DNA of 64,000 bases from Rhodosorus marinus CCMP1338 (GCA_029953675.1 JAMWBK010000007.1:1922001-1986000), one strand, 5' to 3'; shown: positions 11,631-23,578, counted from the first letter of the stretch. The notes: generated by a model not told the origin, from the sequence alone. Program-made: numbers and translations.

Positions 11631-12286
11631 CATGATTAAATAATATATATATTATTTACAATCGACGCTAGTCTATTGATTGTATTTCAATCTTCTTGTC
11701 CTGGGCTCTGTTCTTCGTACATCGTGGTCCCTTTTTGGCAGACTTTTCGCGAAAACCTTAATGTTTTCGCAGTTTACTTCATGACCGTACTCCCCAGGGG
11801 CGCCCTCCCTCCTCTCTTAATCGTCTTCTGTATACACAACAAACCTCTTGCCCGTGGACTCGGAATGTGTCTTATCTAGTACTCATCCAGGCACGGGGCC
11901 CGCATCCATGTGAGACTTCACATGATGCCTGTGCCTCCGTTCACACCATCCCTCCACCCTCCTCAATCTCAACCTTGCCGAGAGAAAAAAAAAAAATCTA
12001 AATGACAGCCTGTCAAACTCAAAATATTCATAGTTCAATATATGAAACTAGCCTTGATTGAATATCGGAGAAGTTTTTTTAGAATAGTTTCAATCCTATA
12101 TTCCTTACTTTTCTGTATTTATTGAATAATATAGTCTCAGTCGGACAGTTTATGAACAAATGTTCTAGAATATTCCTTAATTGAATCTAAAATCCCCGTT
12201 AGAGGAATATCGTGCAAATATGCTCAGGGAAAGTGGGAAATGCGGGGGGGAGGGTAGGAAGGGGAATAGAAGGGCAGGGAGATGGG

Positions 12287-12295
12287 TATATAAAA
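12287..12295 (+). promoter_or_regulatory. Candidate TATA box, cysteine synthase copy 2
   Basis: TATATAAAA at the position homologous to copy 1. Confidence 0.5.
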
Positions 12296-12483
12296 GGGTT
12301 TGTGGAGATATATATTGGGAGGGGAGACTGGTGGAAGAGTTGAGGTGGTGGTAGTAGTAGTGGGAGGGTTTGAAAGAATTGTTGTGTTAGAGAGGATCGG
12401 ACTGCTGTTGCTGTTTTTTGGTGTTTTTGGGAGAAGCGGGTTTGTGTTTTGTTGATTGGGGTGTTTTGTTTTTTTTGGTCGCG

Positions 12484-13793
12484 ATGGGTTTTGTTTCAGG
12501 AGCTGGAGTGTTGAGGATCAAGGCTGGGAAGTCTTCGATCAGCGATAGGCGTTGCGGTGTGAGTAGCAGAAGCCGTATTTCGATGGTGGTTGCTGGGCAG
12601 GCGACTGTTGTCGGGGCTGATGCAACGGCGTTGGTCGGAAATACGCCGATCGTGCAGATCAAGAAGATTGCGGAGGAGGATGGCACCGTCGCGGAGATTT
12701 ACGGCAAGCTGGAGTCTATGAATCCGTGCGCCTCGGTAAAGGATCGCATTGGACGTGGAATGATCGATGGCGCGGAGGCGGATGGCCTCATCACTCCGGG
12801 CGTCACAACGATCGTGGAGCCTACCTCGGGAAACACTGGTATCGCACTTGCGTTCATCGCCGCTGCTAAGGGTTACAAGATGATTCTCACCATGCCTGAG
12901 AGCATGTCTATTGAGCGAAGGATGGTGCTGCTCGCTTTTGGCGCCGAGGTGGTTCTGACTCCCGCGGCGATGGTAAGATGACTCCCCGTCCGTGCTCGAC
13001 AACCAGGAAATTCTAGCAACGGAGATCGGGCGTTGAAGGTTGTGGGCCTGCCGCCTAGTTCAACCTAGGGACTAACGTTTGTGCTCTTGCATTGGGTTGG
13101 TTTCTCAGGGAATGAAAGGATCGATCAAGAAGGCCGAGGAGATCGCTGCCAAGACGAAGAACTCGTTCATGCCGCAACAGTTCGCCAATCCCAACAACCC
13201 CAAAGCCCACTATGAGACAACTGGACCGGAAATCATGAGCGCGATGACTCCTGACGTATTTATCTCTGGAATCGGTACTGGAGGTACCATCACCGGAGCG
13301 GGCCGGTACCTCAAGGAGAAGAACCCGGACATCGCCATCGTTGCTGTCGAGCCCACTGAATCACCAGTGCTTTCTGGAGGTGCTCCCGGTCCGCACAAAA
13401 TCCAGGGTATTGGAGCTGGTTTTGTGCCAGCCATCTTGGACACCAAGATCTACGATGAGGTTGTTCAGGTATGAAGCTCTCAACTTGACCCTATAGCATG
13501 CGCAGAAGGAGATTTCTGAGCCGGGTTTTGATGGTCGTTGTGGAATTTGTGTGCAGGTCTCATCTGCAGAAGCCATTGAGATGGCGAGGCGATTAGCCGA
13601 AACCGAGGGTCTGCTTTGCGGAATCAGCTCTGGAGCAGCGATTGTTGCTGGAGTGAGAGTAGGAAAGCGCCCGGAGATGGCCGGGAAGAAGATCCTTTGC
13701 ATCATCCCGAGCTTCGGAGAGCGATACCTCACCAGCGCTCTGTTTGAGAAGGCACGCACGGATGCATATGAGATGACCGCGAGCGAGGTCTAA
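12484..13793 (+). CDS. cysK: Cysteine synthase / O-acetylserine(thiol)lyase, plastid-targeted, copy 2
   Basis: Offset 4135 bp from copy 1, with the same exon structure. The only amino-acid difference I found is GMKGAI to GMKGSI. Confidence 0.96.
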
Positions 13794-15011
13794 CTTCAGT
13801 GGTTTTAGTAGCCTTTCAGTTTCTTCCCCGAACACCACTATCCCATATGAATCTGATCGATTGTCACCGAGGTTAGACGCCGGATGACAAGGGATAGGTG
13901 CGGCTCATCAATGCCCCTATTAGTAAGCATTCTTAGCATGTGTTTTTTCTTTTTCCCGTTTGTCAAAAAAAGACGCGGCACTCCGGAGCGCACTGGCATT
14001 AAGAGGAAACTATCAATGCTGACACAGCGCAGCTCCAAAACTCTACAGCCCACCGGCACTGATCCTGCTGATCCCAAGACGCTCATAGCCTAGGCTCGTA
14101 CTCCGGTCTCGACGGCATTGTTCAGGCCTCGTAGGAGGTGAGCGTCTTCGCTAAAGGACGAAATGTGTGTCCTCATTCGTTCAGGCCATTCGGATGAGTC
14201 GGATCATCAACCAGCCACGCTAACAAGCCATCCCGAAACCCAAAGCGACAAGGTAGCATCCCTAGACTTCATTGCCGAAAGGGCCCATTATGGATTTCTG
14301 TTTCCTTGTCAACCTCAAACAGAAACTGAATACCGCTGTCCACTCCCACTCCCCGGCACAAACAATTTCCATCCAGAAGTAGTAGCCAAGCCTTTGTGGT
14401 TCAGACAGCTACTTGGCGCCGTTCACAGGTCGCTCCTCGAAAGTACTTAAGCTGCTGATTTCTTGATCAATCGTTGGCCTGTGCCGGTCTCCTGGTCCAA
14501 AACTCCCAACAGAGTTCGAGCGGCAAAATACAGACGATCTGCTTCGTCTTCGAAAACATAACGGCAACATGTCTGCTGAGCTCTGCTCGCTTCAACCCCC
14601 TCATAAAGATAGTGCCTGTGTCGCTGGAGATGGGGCGATCATTTCGTTGTTCCGTCTTGCTCACCATGCCCAGAAATCCGAATTGGACGCACCGCAGTCG
14701 TTGCAAGCGTTATCATCCCTCTTCGTCGCTTGGAAAGGTTGTCTCGAAAGTGACAGTGAGATCTTCTCATCAGAACCTCTGACGACAAAGCTATCGTGGT
14801 GGTAACTGAGATCTGCAAAGTGGCATCCTCGTCGTTGACGGTTTGTATGGATACCTGAGTAGAGCTCGGCGATAGGGATGGTACGTTAGTTTCCTGGAAT
14901 TGAGAGAGAGAAGGTGCCTAGTTTCGTTGGTGGCTTTTGATGAACTTGGAGACCGTTTCGGAAGCTGTAAAAGAAGTCGTTTTGAGAGATAGCTGTTAGC
15001 GTTAGATAGCA

Positions 15012-15470
15012 ATGAATAGATTGATTGCAGCTTTTAGGGTTGGTTTGAATCGTAGTTTGAAGCGGTCGGTGTCTCAGAATGGGTTTGTATGGCGTAGATT
15101 GAGCTCTGAAGCAAGGAAGGTGAATTGGTTGTCAGAGCATTTGGCGTCGCCTCAGAACGGTGCGCCGGTTGATGGTGAGATGTCTATGGAGAAGAGATTG
15201 AGAATGGCGGTTTTCCGGTCTTCGCAGAGGGGATGGCTGGAGCTTGACGTGCTCTTAGGAAAGTTCGCTTGCCACAATCTTTCGGTTGTCGCTGAGGACG
15301 AGGAAACTTTTGCTCAGTATGAAAAGTTGCTTGATGCCGACGGACCGGACGTCTACGCGTGGGCGACAAAGCGAGCGGATCCGCCCCAGGAGCTCGTGCC
15401 GATCGTCACCATGATCCGAGATTTCGTCTTTCACGGAAAGACCGTACAGCGTCCCGAAACAACCTCTTGA
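15012..15470 (+). CDS. SDHAF2: Succinate dehydrogenase assembly factor 2 (Sdh5/SdhE flavinylation factor)
   Basis: Arg/Ser-rich mitochondrial presequence, then RSSQRGWLELDVLLGKFA...YEKLLDADGPDVYAW (RGxxE motif). Confidence 0.9.
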   Translation: MNRLIAAFRVGLNRSLKRSVSQNGFVWRRLSSEARKVNWLSEHLASPQNGAPVDGEMSMEKRLRMAVFRSSQRGWLELDVLLGKFACHNLSVVAEDEETFAQYEKLLDADGPDVYAWATKRADPPQELVPIVTMIRDFVFHGKTVQRPETTS

Positions 15471-15807
15471 ATAAGAATATGTATACTACATTGTATTTTG
15501 ACTGCTATCTAAGTCTATAGCATTGTAAACTTTAGCCTTCAACCTTTTCGTGAAGACCTCCGGACTCTTGGCCTCTCAACGGGAATAAGGTCGTCACTAT
15601 CCAACGGGAGATCTCCCTGTGCAGACGACGTATTCGTATCAACCTTGCTGTCCAAAGAAGCAACCGCTCCGCAGTTGTCAAGTTCGATTGATGAGAATAA
15701 ATCTCCAGCACGCGATCCCTAGTAGTCTGTCACAGCAGCTTTGCGGCTTCCCCGTGCGGTTTCTCTCCGGTAGACTGTATTCTCTCAAGTAGTCGTATCC
15801 ATTGGTC

Positions 15808-16676
15808 TTATCTCTCCGCGTGCTCTTCTTTCTGACCTTCTTCAATCTCCATGGCCTCCGGATCATCCGGATGTTCTCCCTCCTCCATCACTCGCTCTTC
15901 GGCTTCACCTTCCTCCTTCTCTTCTTCCTTTTCTAAACTCTCCGGGTTCACAACCGCACCCAGGTCTTCTATCGTTTGAGCCAGCAGCAGCAGATGCTTT
16001 CCAAGTAGTTCTCTCTTAGAGGCCAGACGCTCTCCTAGGTTTTCATGTGTTTTGCCAATAAACAAGCTCGTCAATGTCTCTTTTGCCCCAAGCTTTCATT
16101 CTGAGGAGTGCCATTTTTCTTACCTTCAGATTCGACCTCCGTTAGCTTTTCGTTGATCGCATCAATCTCCTTCTGGGACGTTGATCTCTGAGCATGAGCA
16201 GATATGACCTTTGCGAGTGCAGAATAACGTTCTCGGTTGCGTTTCCCTAAAGTTTCAGCCTCAAGCTCCGACTTCAACTCCTTAACAACTTCGTCCATGT
16301 CCACAATCTCCTTCTCCAGCTCGACCTTCAACTTCTCACTCTTTTCTATCTCTCGAACTGCAGCTAGACTGGACAAAGGAACCACCGCAATGACACAAAA
16401 CGAGGCAGCTTAGAGTACTGTGTAGATCTTCCAGTACTATCAGTCGAAAACTTCTGCATCAAATGCTTACCCAGCAAACCTTGCTCCGATGGCTTCCATT
16501 TCAATCTCTGACAACTCTCCAGCCAACTGGGAGATCAGCTCACTCTGATCCTCCTCAGATCCAGCTTGACCCCTGCAGATCCTAGATAGCTTAAACGCAA
16601 ACTGTTTTACCTTCTTCTCACGAGTATGTGCTTTCATCAAAAGCACACTCTCCATCATCTCTTCCTTCCCTTCCAT
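15808..16676 (-). CDS. THOC7: THO complex subunit 7 (3 exons)
   Basis: Coiled coil with LKSELEAETLGKRNRERYSALAKVI...RSTSQKEI...KRELLGKHLLLLAQTIEDL and an acidic tail. Both GTAAG...AG introns are phase-consistent. Confidence 0.75.
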
Positions 16677-16789
16677 ACTTATCACACAAGCTGCCTTTTC
16701 AATGCAATATACACGTTTTGTCCTGCTCTTCAGATGCTCAAATCGACTCCTTCATAAACCTAGTCACAGAAGTCAAGTCCTCATCAAGG

Positions 16790-17110
16790 CTTTCTCTACT
16801 TGATCCAAAAAATACCCCCCCAAAGGCCAGTTCTTCTTCGCCCAAAGCACTTCGTCGACTAGTCTTGTCAGAGGTCTTATCAAAACCTTATCGTCTTTCC
16901 TCTCTGTTCTCACTTTCTCAATAGGAGAAAAAGCTTCTCATCTACAAAGCCGGCAGGCTTCCTCTACGTGATCCACAAAGTCCCCCCAAAAAGACAGTTC
17001 CTCCCTCACCCAAAACTTGCGTCGCCTAGTCTTGTCAGAGGTCTTATCAGAACCTTATCTTCTTCTCTCTCTCTTCTCACTTTATCAATAGGAGAAAAGC
17101 GCCTCCTCCA
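16790..17110. repeat. Degenerate tandem duplication, ~168-bp period, 2 copies
   Basis: CTAGTCTTGTCAGAGGTCTTATCA at 16859 and 17026, with homologous flanks. Confidence 0.85.
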
Positions 17111-17479
17111 CCCGCCCCAATCTTCGTCACCGATTTTGCTTGACCTTCCTCGCTGAGGCTGGTGAAGACAGACTTTGTACTCACTCTTCTCTTTTGCGCG
17201 ACGGACAGCTACAGAGTGAAGCGCTTCTCAAAGACTTGCTTCCAGACGTACTTGTTACCCACAACCGATTGATACAACTTGAAGCTGTCCTACCGCACGA
17301 ACGTTCCAGACCTCATCTTCTTCGCTCTTACCAAACCTCCAGAAGGTGATCCATCCTCGGGCAGCGGATCAACTCTATCCCTAAGAGTTTACCAAGGGAG
17401 GCTTACCCGATCCTACTCTTCTTCCCAGTCGTCGGAAACTGATCCTCTTCGGTCTTCTTATAGCTGTACAACAAGAGCC

Positions 17480-17950
17480 AGGGCTAGGGTTTGGGATCGA
17501 GCTATTTGAGAGCTCTTGCTGGATACCTTTCGAGGCTGTCCTGCACAGGCCTATCTATCTCAAACCTAATCTTCTTCGATGTACTTGCCAATCCCATTCG
17601 ATGTACTTGCCAAGCCCCACAACCAGAGCCAGCCTAGTGGACAGGATCGAGCTACGTGAGAGCTCCTGTTGAATACCGCTCGAGGCTCTCTCTCCTGCAG
17701 ATCTATCTATCTCAAACCTGATCTTCTTCGCTGTCCTCAAAATGCTCCGCAACCTGAAGCCAGCCTACGGTTCATGATCGAGCTACGTGAGAGCTCCTAG
17801 TCGATACCGCTCGAGGCTCTCCTTGCAGACCTATCTATCCCAAACCTGAACTCCGCCTTTCTGAAAGCGCCCACAAACCTCAAGCAGCCCAGAGTATCGG
17901 GTCGAGGAGGTGAGAGTTCTTGCTCGATACCGCTCGAGGCTCTCTTGACC
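17480..17950. repeat. Degenerate tandem repeat, 124-150-bp period, 4 copies
   Basis: GATCGAGCTA-like starts at 17495, 17645, 17776 and ~17900. ATACCGCTCGAGGCTCTC is exact at 17673, 17804 and 17927. Confidence 0.85.
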
Positions 17951-18325
17951 AGTTGTCGAAACGGAATTGAACCTAATGCTCTTCCTGATCGCGGACTGAC
18001 TGTGTGCGATCCCACTTGTACTCGTGTCTTAGTGAAGACTTGAACTGGATGTGCTTCTGCCGTCATGCACTCATATCGGCTTCAGCTTCTCAGCTGTTGA
18101 ATACGGAATGCTTGCATTCCCTGTTGATAACGATTCACTCTGCCCAGAACAGCAATGACTGGATAAGAAGCTGGGCAATGGGTCAACAGGTCGTGTCAAC
18201 TTCTTGCAGCTGGAATCAAGAGGTCTCGTTGAAGAAACATTCGAAACGGGTACATCAAGAGATCGTCCTTTATAACTCAGGTTTTTGTCGCTTCTTTCCT
18301 GTCCGACTTTTTCGTAGCTGCTTTA

Positions 18326-18912
18326 TCATGAACTGCACTCCTTTCTGCAGAAGTCCTTAAGTTGTGACATTGCCAAGGCAGAAACCACTGGATAGGCGAA
18401 CGTAACTAGGACGAAGGTTGATCCCATTTTGGCCAACGCGATGCCTTCTCCAGAGAGTGCATCTCCTCTTCTTCCATTTGCAAGCATTGGTGAATAATCA
18501 TCGTGCCATCTAAGCAGAAAGACACACAAACGAACCACGATTGATCAGAGTCTCCTAAGCGGGCGCGCTTTCATCTCCACGGATGGTTTACCTGTTTACG
18601 TCAAAGTGCTCAGCCTGTAGATCGAAACCTGCCGCGATCGTGGCATCTCTATCGTCGAACGCGGTACAGAACGACCTAGAGCAATACCGAGTCAAGCCAA
18701 AGATGATGAGTACTATTCTCCAGGACACTCTGGGTAGTCCGCGAGGACTCAGAGCAAACAAAACACAATCGAATATCTCCTTACTTCAGGTCGGAGATCT
18801 GAACCTCCCAGTTTGACGCCAGAACTCTCTCCTCAGTAAACACCACCGCCCGCTTCCAATCCGATGCCGCAGCGATCAGCTTCTTCTCAAGCTTTGGATC
18901 CTTTCCTCCCAT
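18326..18912 (-). CDS. Profilin-like protein, 131 aa, 3 exons (not assembled in the ORF track)
   Basis: Exons 18912-18785, 18675-18592 and 18509-18326 total 396 nt and splice in phase at GT-AG. Product: MGGKDPKLEKKLIAAASDWKRAVVFTEERVLASNWEVQISDLKSFCTAFDDRDATIAAGFDLQAEHFDVNRWHDDYSPMLANGRRGDALSGEGIALAKMGSTFVLVTFAYPVVSALAMSQLKDFCRKECSS. Confidence 0.7.
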
Positions 18913-19159
18913 TCTTCTATTTCGAATCAGAACGTCTCCACAGTGAAAAACTCCTCAAGTTAGACCTTGCTCCAGATAAGCGATCAAAAGAAAAAGTCAA
19001 AACAAAAATGCCTGTGACGAGGTCGTACAATACCTCCTTCTTCTTCTGCAGAAGCCCTTAAACCCTGTTCCTCATCCGCTTTACGCGACAAACTGGCACA
19101 GCTGATCCTATGACAACACCCTCACCAACCCCGACGTGACTTTAGCTACTATTCTTCAC

Positions 19160-19900
19160 AAGCAGACTGGAGTGAAGACGAGTACCTTGGACCTTGGCAG
19201 TTGATTATGGATCTGTGATGAAGAAGAACGGAATCGAGAGTTCCAATAGTGGATCGCTGACTAGCCCTTTCCAACTCTAGCCCTACAGATCGACCGGAGA
19301 AAGTTTGGTCTGTTGGAGTTAAGTACTGTCAGCCGGATTGGTGGGACCGTCTTCTTTTTTATGTGTTTGATGAAGAAGGGGAACCAGTCGTCCAGAAGGA
19401 CTGCTGACTGGCCCTGAGCACCTTGATTACCTCCATCGACTCGTGGGGAGGTAGCTGGGCTTTCAGTTTGTTAGAACTAACACCGTCATCCCCTTGATCG
19501 CTCCGCTACTCCGTGACACGCTGGCAGGTTGAGTTCAACACACCCTTGTTGACGAACGGACTGGAGGAAGACGAGTACCTTGAGCCTTAGTAACTGAACA
19601 TCGACCTGCGATGATGAAGAACTGAATGAAGAGCTCTAACAGTGGATCATTGCTGGCCCTGTTAGAACCACCTCCGCAGATCGACCCAAGAGAACTTTGC
19701 CTGACCTGACTAACTGTCAGCCCTGGGATTACGTGAGTATGAGTATGTCAGACCCGATACTTGAGCTTGGGTTTTTGTTTCAGAAGAGAGCCCATCGCCC
19801 AGAAGGATTACTGACTGGCCGTAAGCACTTCGTCGCCTCCGCAGACACGACTGGGTGGTAGCACTGATGATAAATCAGTTTCGCTGGTGGTCAGAATGTG
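19160..19900. repeat. Degenerate tandem duplication, 393-bp period
   Basis: GAAGACGAGTACCTTG at 19174 and 19567, plus shared CAGTGGATC-like, CAGATCGACC and CCAGAAGGA...CTGACTGGCC blocks. Confidence 0.8.
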
Positions 19901-20713
19901 ACCAGATGAGGACGAGCGTGTCTGAGCTCCGGCATTTGTCTTGAGAATCCGTGACGGTGAATGCATCTTTTTAAGAGTACGAGGATTTGGGTCCTTTCAT
20001 ATTCTACGGTCTCGGGCGGACTGTAGAGCAAGTAAAACTGCTGCTGTGTTTGGATTGGTCGCGTTGGTGAAAGTTATGCTGCCCTGTACATCAATCCCAC
20101 CGGCATTCCCCTAATTCAACTCAGCAATTCTTCAGTCTTTATCACGATTGTTAGCAGTCATCGCTATGTCAGTCTGCTTCAGCATGACGCGAACTCGTTT
20201 GCTCCAGCGGCGTATCTTCAGTCCAGCGATTTGGTGAACGACAAAGGAGCTCTGCATAGATCGAAATCTGGACCCCGTTCAGGTCGGGCCCTGTCGCAGG
20301 CGGACATTTATGAGTCAACTTCGTGCTTGGTGCAGGACGTTCCAGAATGAAGCTCCCGTGGAAAAACCTCTCAAGATTCGCGACTGCGAGTGTCTGAAGG
20401 AGGTCACCGCAACTCACAGATATTCCACGCCATTGCACGAGCCCAGCACGCGAAGTACAGAAGGATGCGCTCGCCCGGCGATGAGAACCCGGATAAACCC
20501 GCCGAGGAAGCAGCTCGGGCGCCAAGCAAGATCACAAATGCTGAAGTTGAGGGAACCATCTACTCAACCCCTTCGGGCATTTTTGAAGCACCAAATAAAT
20601 AGTGGCAAGCTTCTTCCACAGTCAGATGGCGTCGTTCACGAGCCTATGGCTATCAATTGTTCTGTATACTCCCTCCTTAAAGGCATTTTTTCGCAGCTCA
20701 TCTCGATCGCAGC

Positions 20714-22406
20714 TCATCTCGATCGTCCTCGGTGATGTGGGTTCATTGGGACGGGCACAGGGACCTATCAGGTCATGCAAAAGTCTCCCTGGTCAATCCC
20801 TACTCTACGGAGACAAGACTAGGCTATATGTATATGTTTCTCACCGTGGATATCGGCAGAGTACGTAGGTAGTCCTCGTGCAAATTGCTGAACAGATCGT
20901 CCGGACGATCCTCGGAGTAGATCAGTCGCTTCTGCTTACTCAATTCCGGGTTAACCTGACTGCTCATCAGCACGGCAATTAGCTCCTCTCGAACAACCTC
21001 CTCAGCTGTTGACTCCAAAGTATCTATGACGGTGGATGAGTAGTTGGGCCGATCCTTATCTTCTCTCTCTCTAATATACCTGTGTTGAAGTACCAAACAT
21101 TGTCACACGGTCGCACATTGAGAATCGCAGCCAACAATCCAAACTCAAGAGGCTCACAGCTTATTTTTCGGGTGTCTTTTGCCATCACCTCCACTCGCCC
21201 GCTCGGCGATCGTAAGTACACTCAACGATTGATCCATTGACTCTTTGAAAGTTCTTAGCCCACTCTGCCTTCTGGGCCCTTGGAAACATAACCTCGCGAA
21301 GCTTAACTGGACCGTGGTCACCTTGGTAGGCGATGGTTGTCTTGATCGTTCCGTTTCCAGTTTGGTCTAACAGAAGCTGAAAATCTACAGAGTTTAGATG
21401 CGGCGGCTTCCACTTCAGTAACGCGTGGCATGTCTTAATCTGGTATTCCATCCTGTCGAAAACAAAACCAGGAAAGAAGCTGACCTGTGAGCTCCGAGTA
21501 CAGATTCGATTGACAAATCTCAAAGTTTGGGGGGGGCCGGTTCAGAAGGGCCAGGTTCTTACTGAACAGGTGCGAAGATGCAGCCGTCGTTGTGGTTACA
21601 TATTGGGCCGTCTTTCCGATCTCCGTTGGCGTAGACATACTCGCCAGAGTCGTCCTTTGTGATCTTCTTAAATAGGTCTTTTATCTGATTCTTCTCGTAA
21701 AAGTCCTTCACTCTTATCCTCAAGGAGCCGCTGGCATTTGAGGAGAAGCACCGGGGAAACGTGATGAAGTTCTCCGCGTTGATGAGCCTTTGTCTGTAGT
21801 CAAGTTGAGCGACTGAGGTGTCGCCGTTGATACTGATGGTGTCGTAAACGAGGTATTCCCACCTGCCGAGGAGCGATTTAGATAGGCTGTTCAGAAGACG
21901 ACTTTCCTAGAGGAGATGCCTGCCCTCGGGGCTAACGTACTGCTGTGTGATCAAGTTTAACGTTAGTTCTCCGTCAAGGAGAGTCCGATCCTGACGAGTT
22001 GGTTCCGTTGTTGGCAATAGAATGTTAGGGTCTGGCTCTACTGGGTAAAAGTTCATTCTTCGATCGATCAGTAGTACGCCTCGTTCCAGTACAAGCATCA
22101 GATATCTGGCCCCGTCCGACTTTTCCAGAATCACATAGTCCGAACTGCGAGGACGAGGCGGTGTTGCAAAGCGATCAGGTTTTAAGCGTAAACAATGATG
22201 GCGCGTGGTACCCGCCAAGCGGGACTGGAAGCTTACTGTTTGATCATAGGAATGCTTCGTCTGGAGAGTGTCATAGGCATTGTCCCGAGAAAACCACGGG
22301 GAAGATCCCGTCTTCCGGCGGCCATCTCGAAGATCTCTGAAACCAAACCTTGGAGACTTCTCAACTGATCCTTGTTCCACAGCTTTTGTAATCCGATTTC
22401 GGTCAT
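20714..22406 (-). CDS. CEG1: mRNA capping enzyme, guanylyltransferase (multi-exon)
   Basis: FLGTMPMTLSR, DYVILEKSDGARY (KxDG), LIDRR, TLLDGEL, EYLVYDTI, VKDFYEK, NHNDGCIFAP, LLKWKP, IVEC, RYIREREDKDRPN. Start and last exon are inferred from splice signals. Confidence 0.88.
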
Positions 22407-23578
22407 CTTTGCTGTTCAGAAGCTTGCTGAAGAGAGACCGTATCGCAACCAACAAGCTCACTCTCCCAACCTCCCCCTCCCACAAACTGATCCAGAGATC
22501 AGATTAATCTCATTTTATCCAGTTCAGGGTTCTATCAACTACTTTTTCACTCAGCGGTCGTCCTGGAAAATCTCACTCAACGGCAAACTCCCCCCAAAAA
22601 GATCACACTTCGACATCCACAGTCTCAAAGACGGATTGGCTTATCATCCGCAGTCGGACTGGTTTATCCAGACTTTCATAAAAACCGCTACGAACAAGAT
22701 GAACGTCTTTGTAACCCAGCGACTCTGCCTCCATTAATGTCCGCAGAAAACGTATCGCTCAGCCTCAAAGAGAGCATATTCTCATCAATTCTGCAGGGCA
22801 TTCCCCATCCCATCCGCCTCTGAGCGTCATCGGGAAGGAAACCTTCGAGCGATGAAGAAGAGAGAATAGACTCGCTCCGATTTGAGTAGTGGGAAACGCA
22901 TCTGAGGGGATTCTATTGGGACTGAAACGTTGTTTGAAAATGACCTAAGCGTTGATACCGACCTGGCGGATTAAGTATCTCCGCTGTGGCCTTGTCACCA
23001 CGTTTCCGAGCTCTGTCCTCGATGATGGATGCGGAGTAATCACAAAGATTGATACTGAATGGGGTTACGAGCAGTGCCTTTATACTTTCGTTTTCTGGTT
23101 GTCGGCATGTCGATAGATGTACTCTTTAGCGTGTGTTGAATCCCCAACGCCATCAGCTCTGCTGAGGGTAAATGGGATAGCCAACAGGACCTGCGTGACA
23201 ATCACAGGCTCTATTTCGATTGAGCGAATGGCTTCGATGTGTGGCTACTCCGGCTCTGGTCGGGCCTTTGGCAGTATCGTGCGTCATCAGGAAGATTCTG
23301 CCCCAGCGAATAAGCGGACGTATCAAGGATTCTCCTCTACAGAAAGTAGCACGTGACAGAAGCGGCCAATGTAGATTTATCCTCGACGAGGCTGGGCCGC
23401 GTACCAGCGGTGCACTTTTTCGCTTTGGCAAACGAAGAAGAACATGTCAGGGTGCGATCGTACGCTTCCGGAACAGAGCCTTAGTCGGTGCATGTTCGGA
23501 GACGATGATGATTATGTGCCTATACCGTTGTCAACGCCAAGATTATTCAACACTGGCACTGCTCTGGATAACGAAACC

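Noticed and set aside
17480-17950. CRISPR-like array (repeated 18-nt core with intervening sequence)
   Set aside because: The intervening segments are homologous to each other, are over 100 nt long, and there are no cas genes.
20691-20722. 16-bp doublet (and a 15-bp doublet near 62985)
   Set aside because: These are simple two-copy slippage duplications with no further structure.
22407-22485. N-terminus of the 192-aa ORF (MWEGEVG...) as the start of the capping enzyme
   Set aside because: The conserved FxG-x-x-P-x-T/S-L motif is in another frame that joins by splicing. This stretch looks like 5' UTR.
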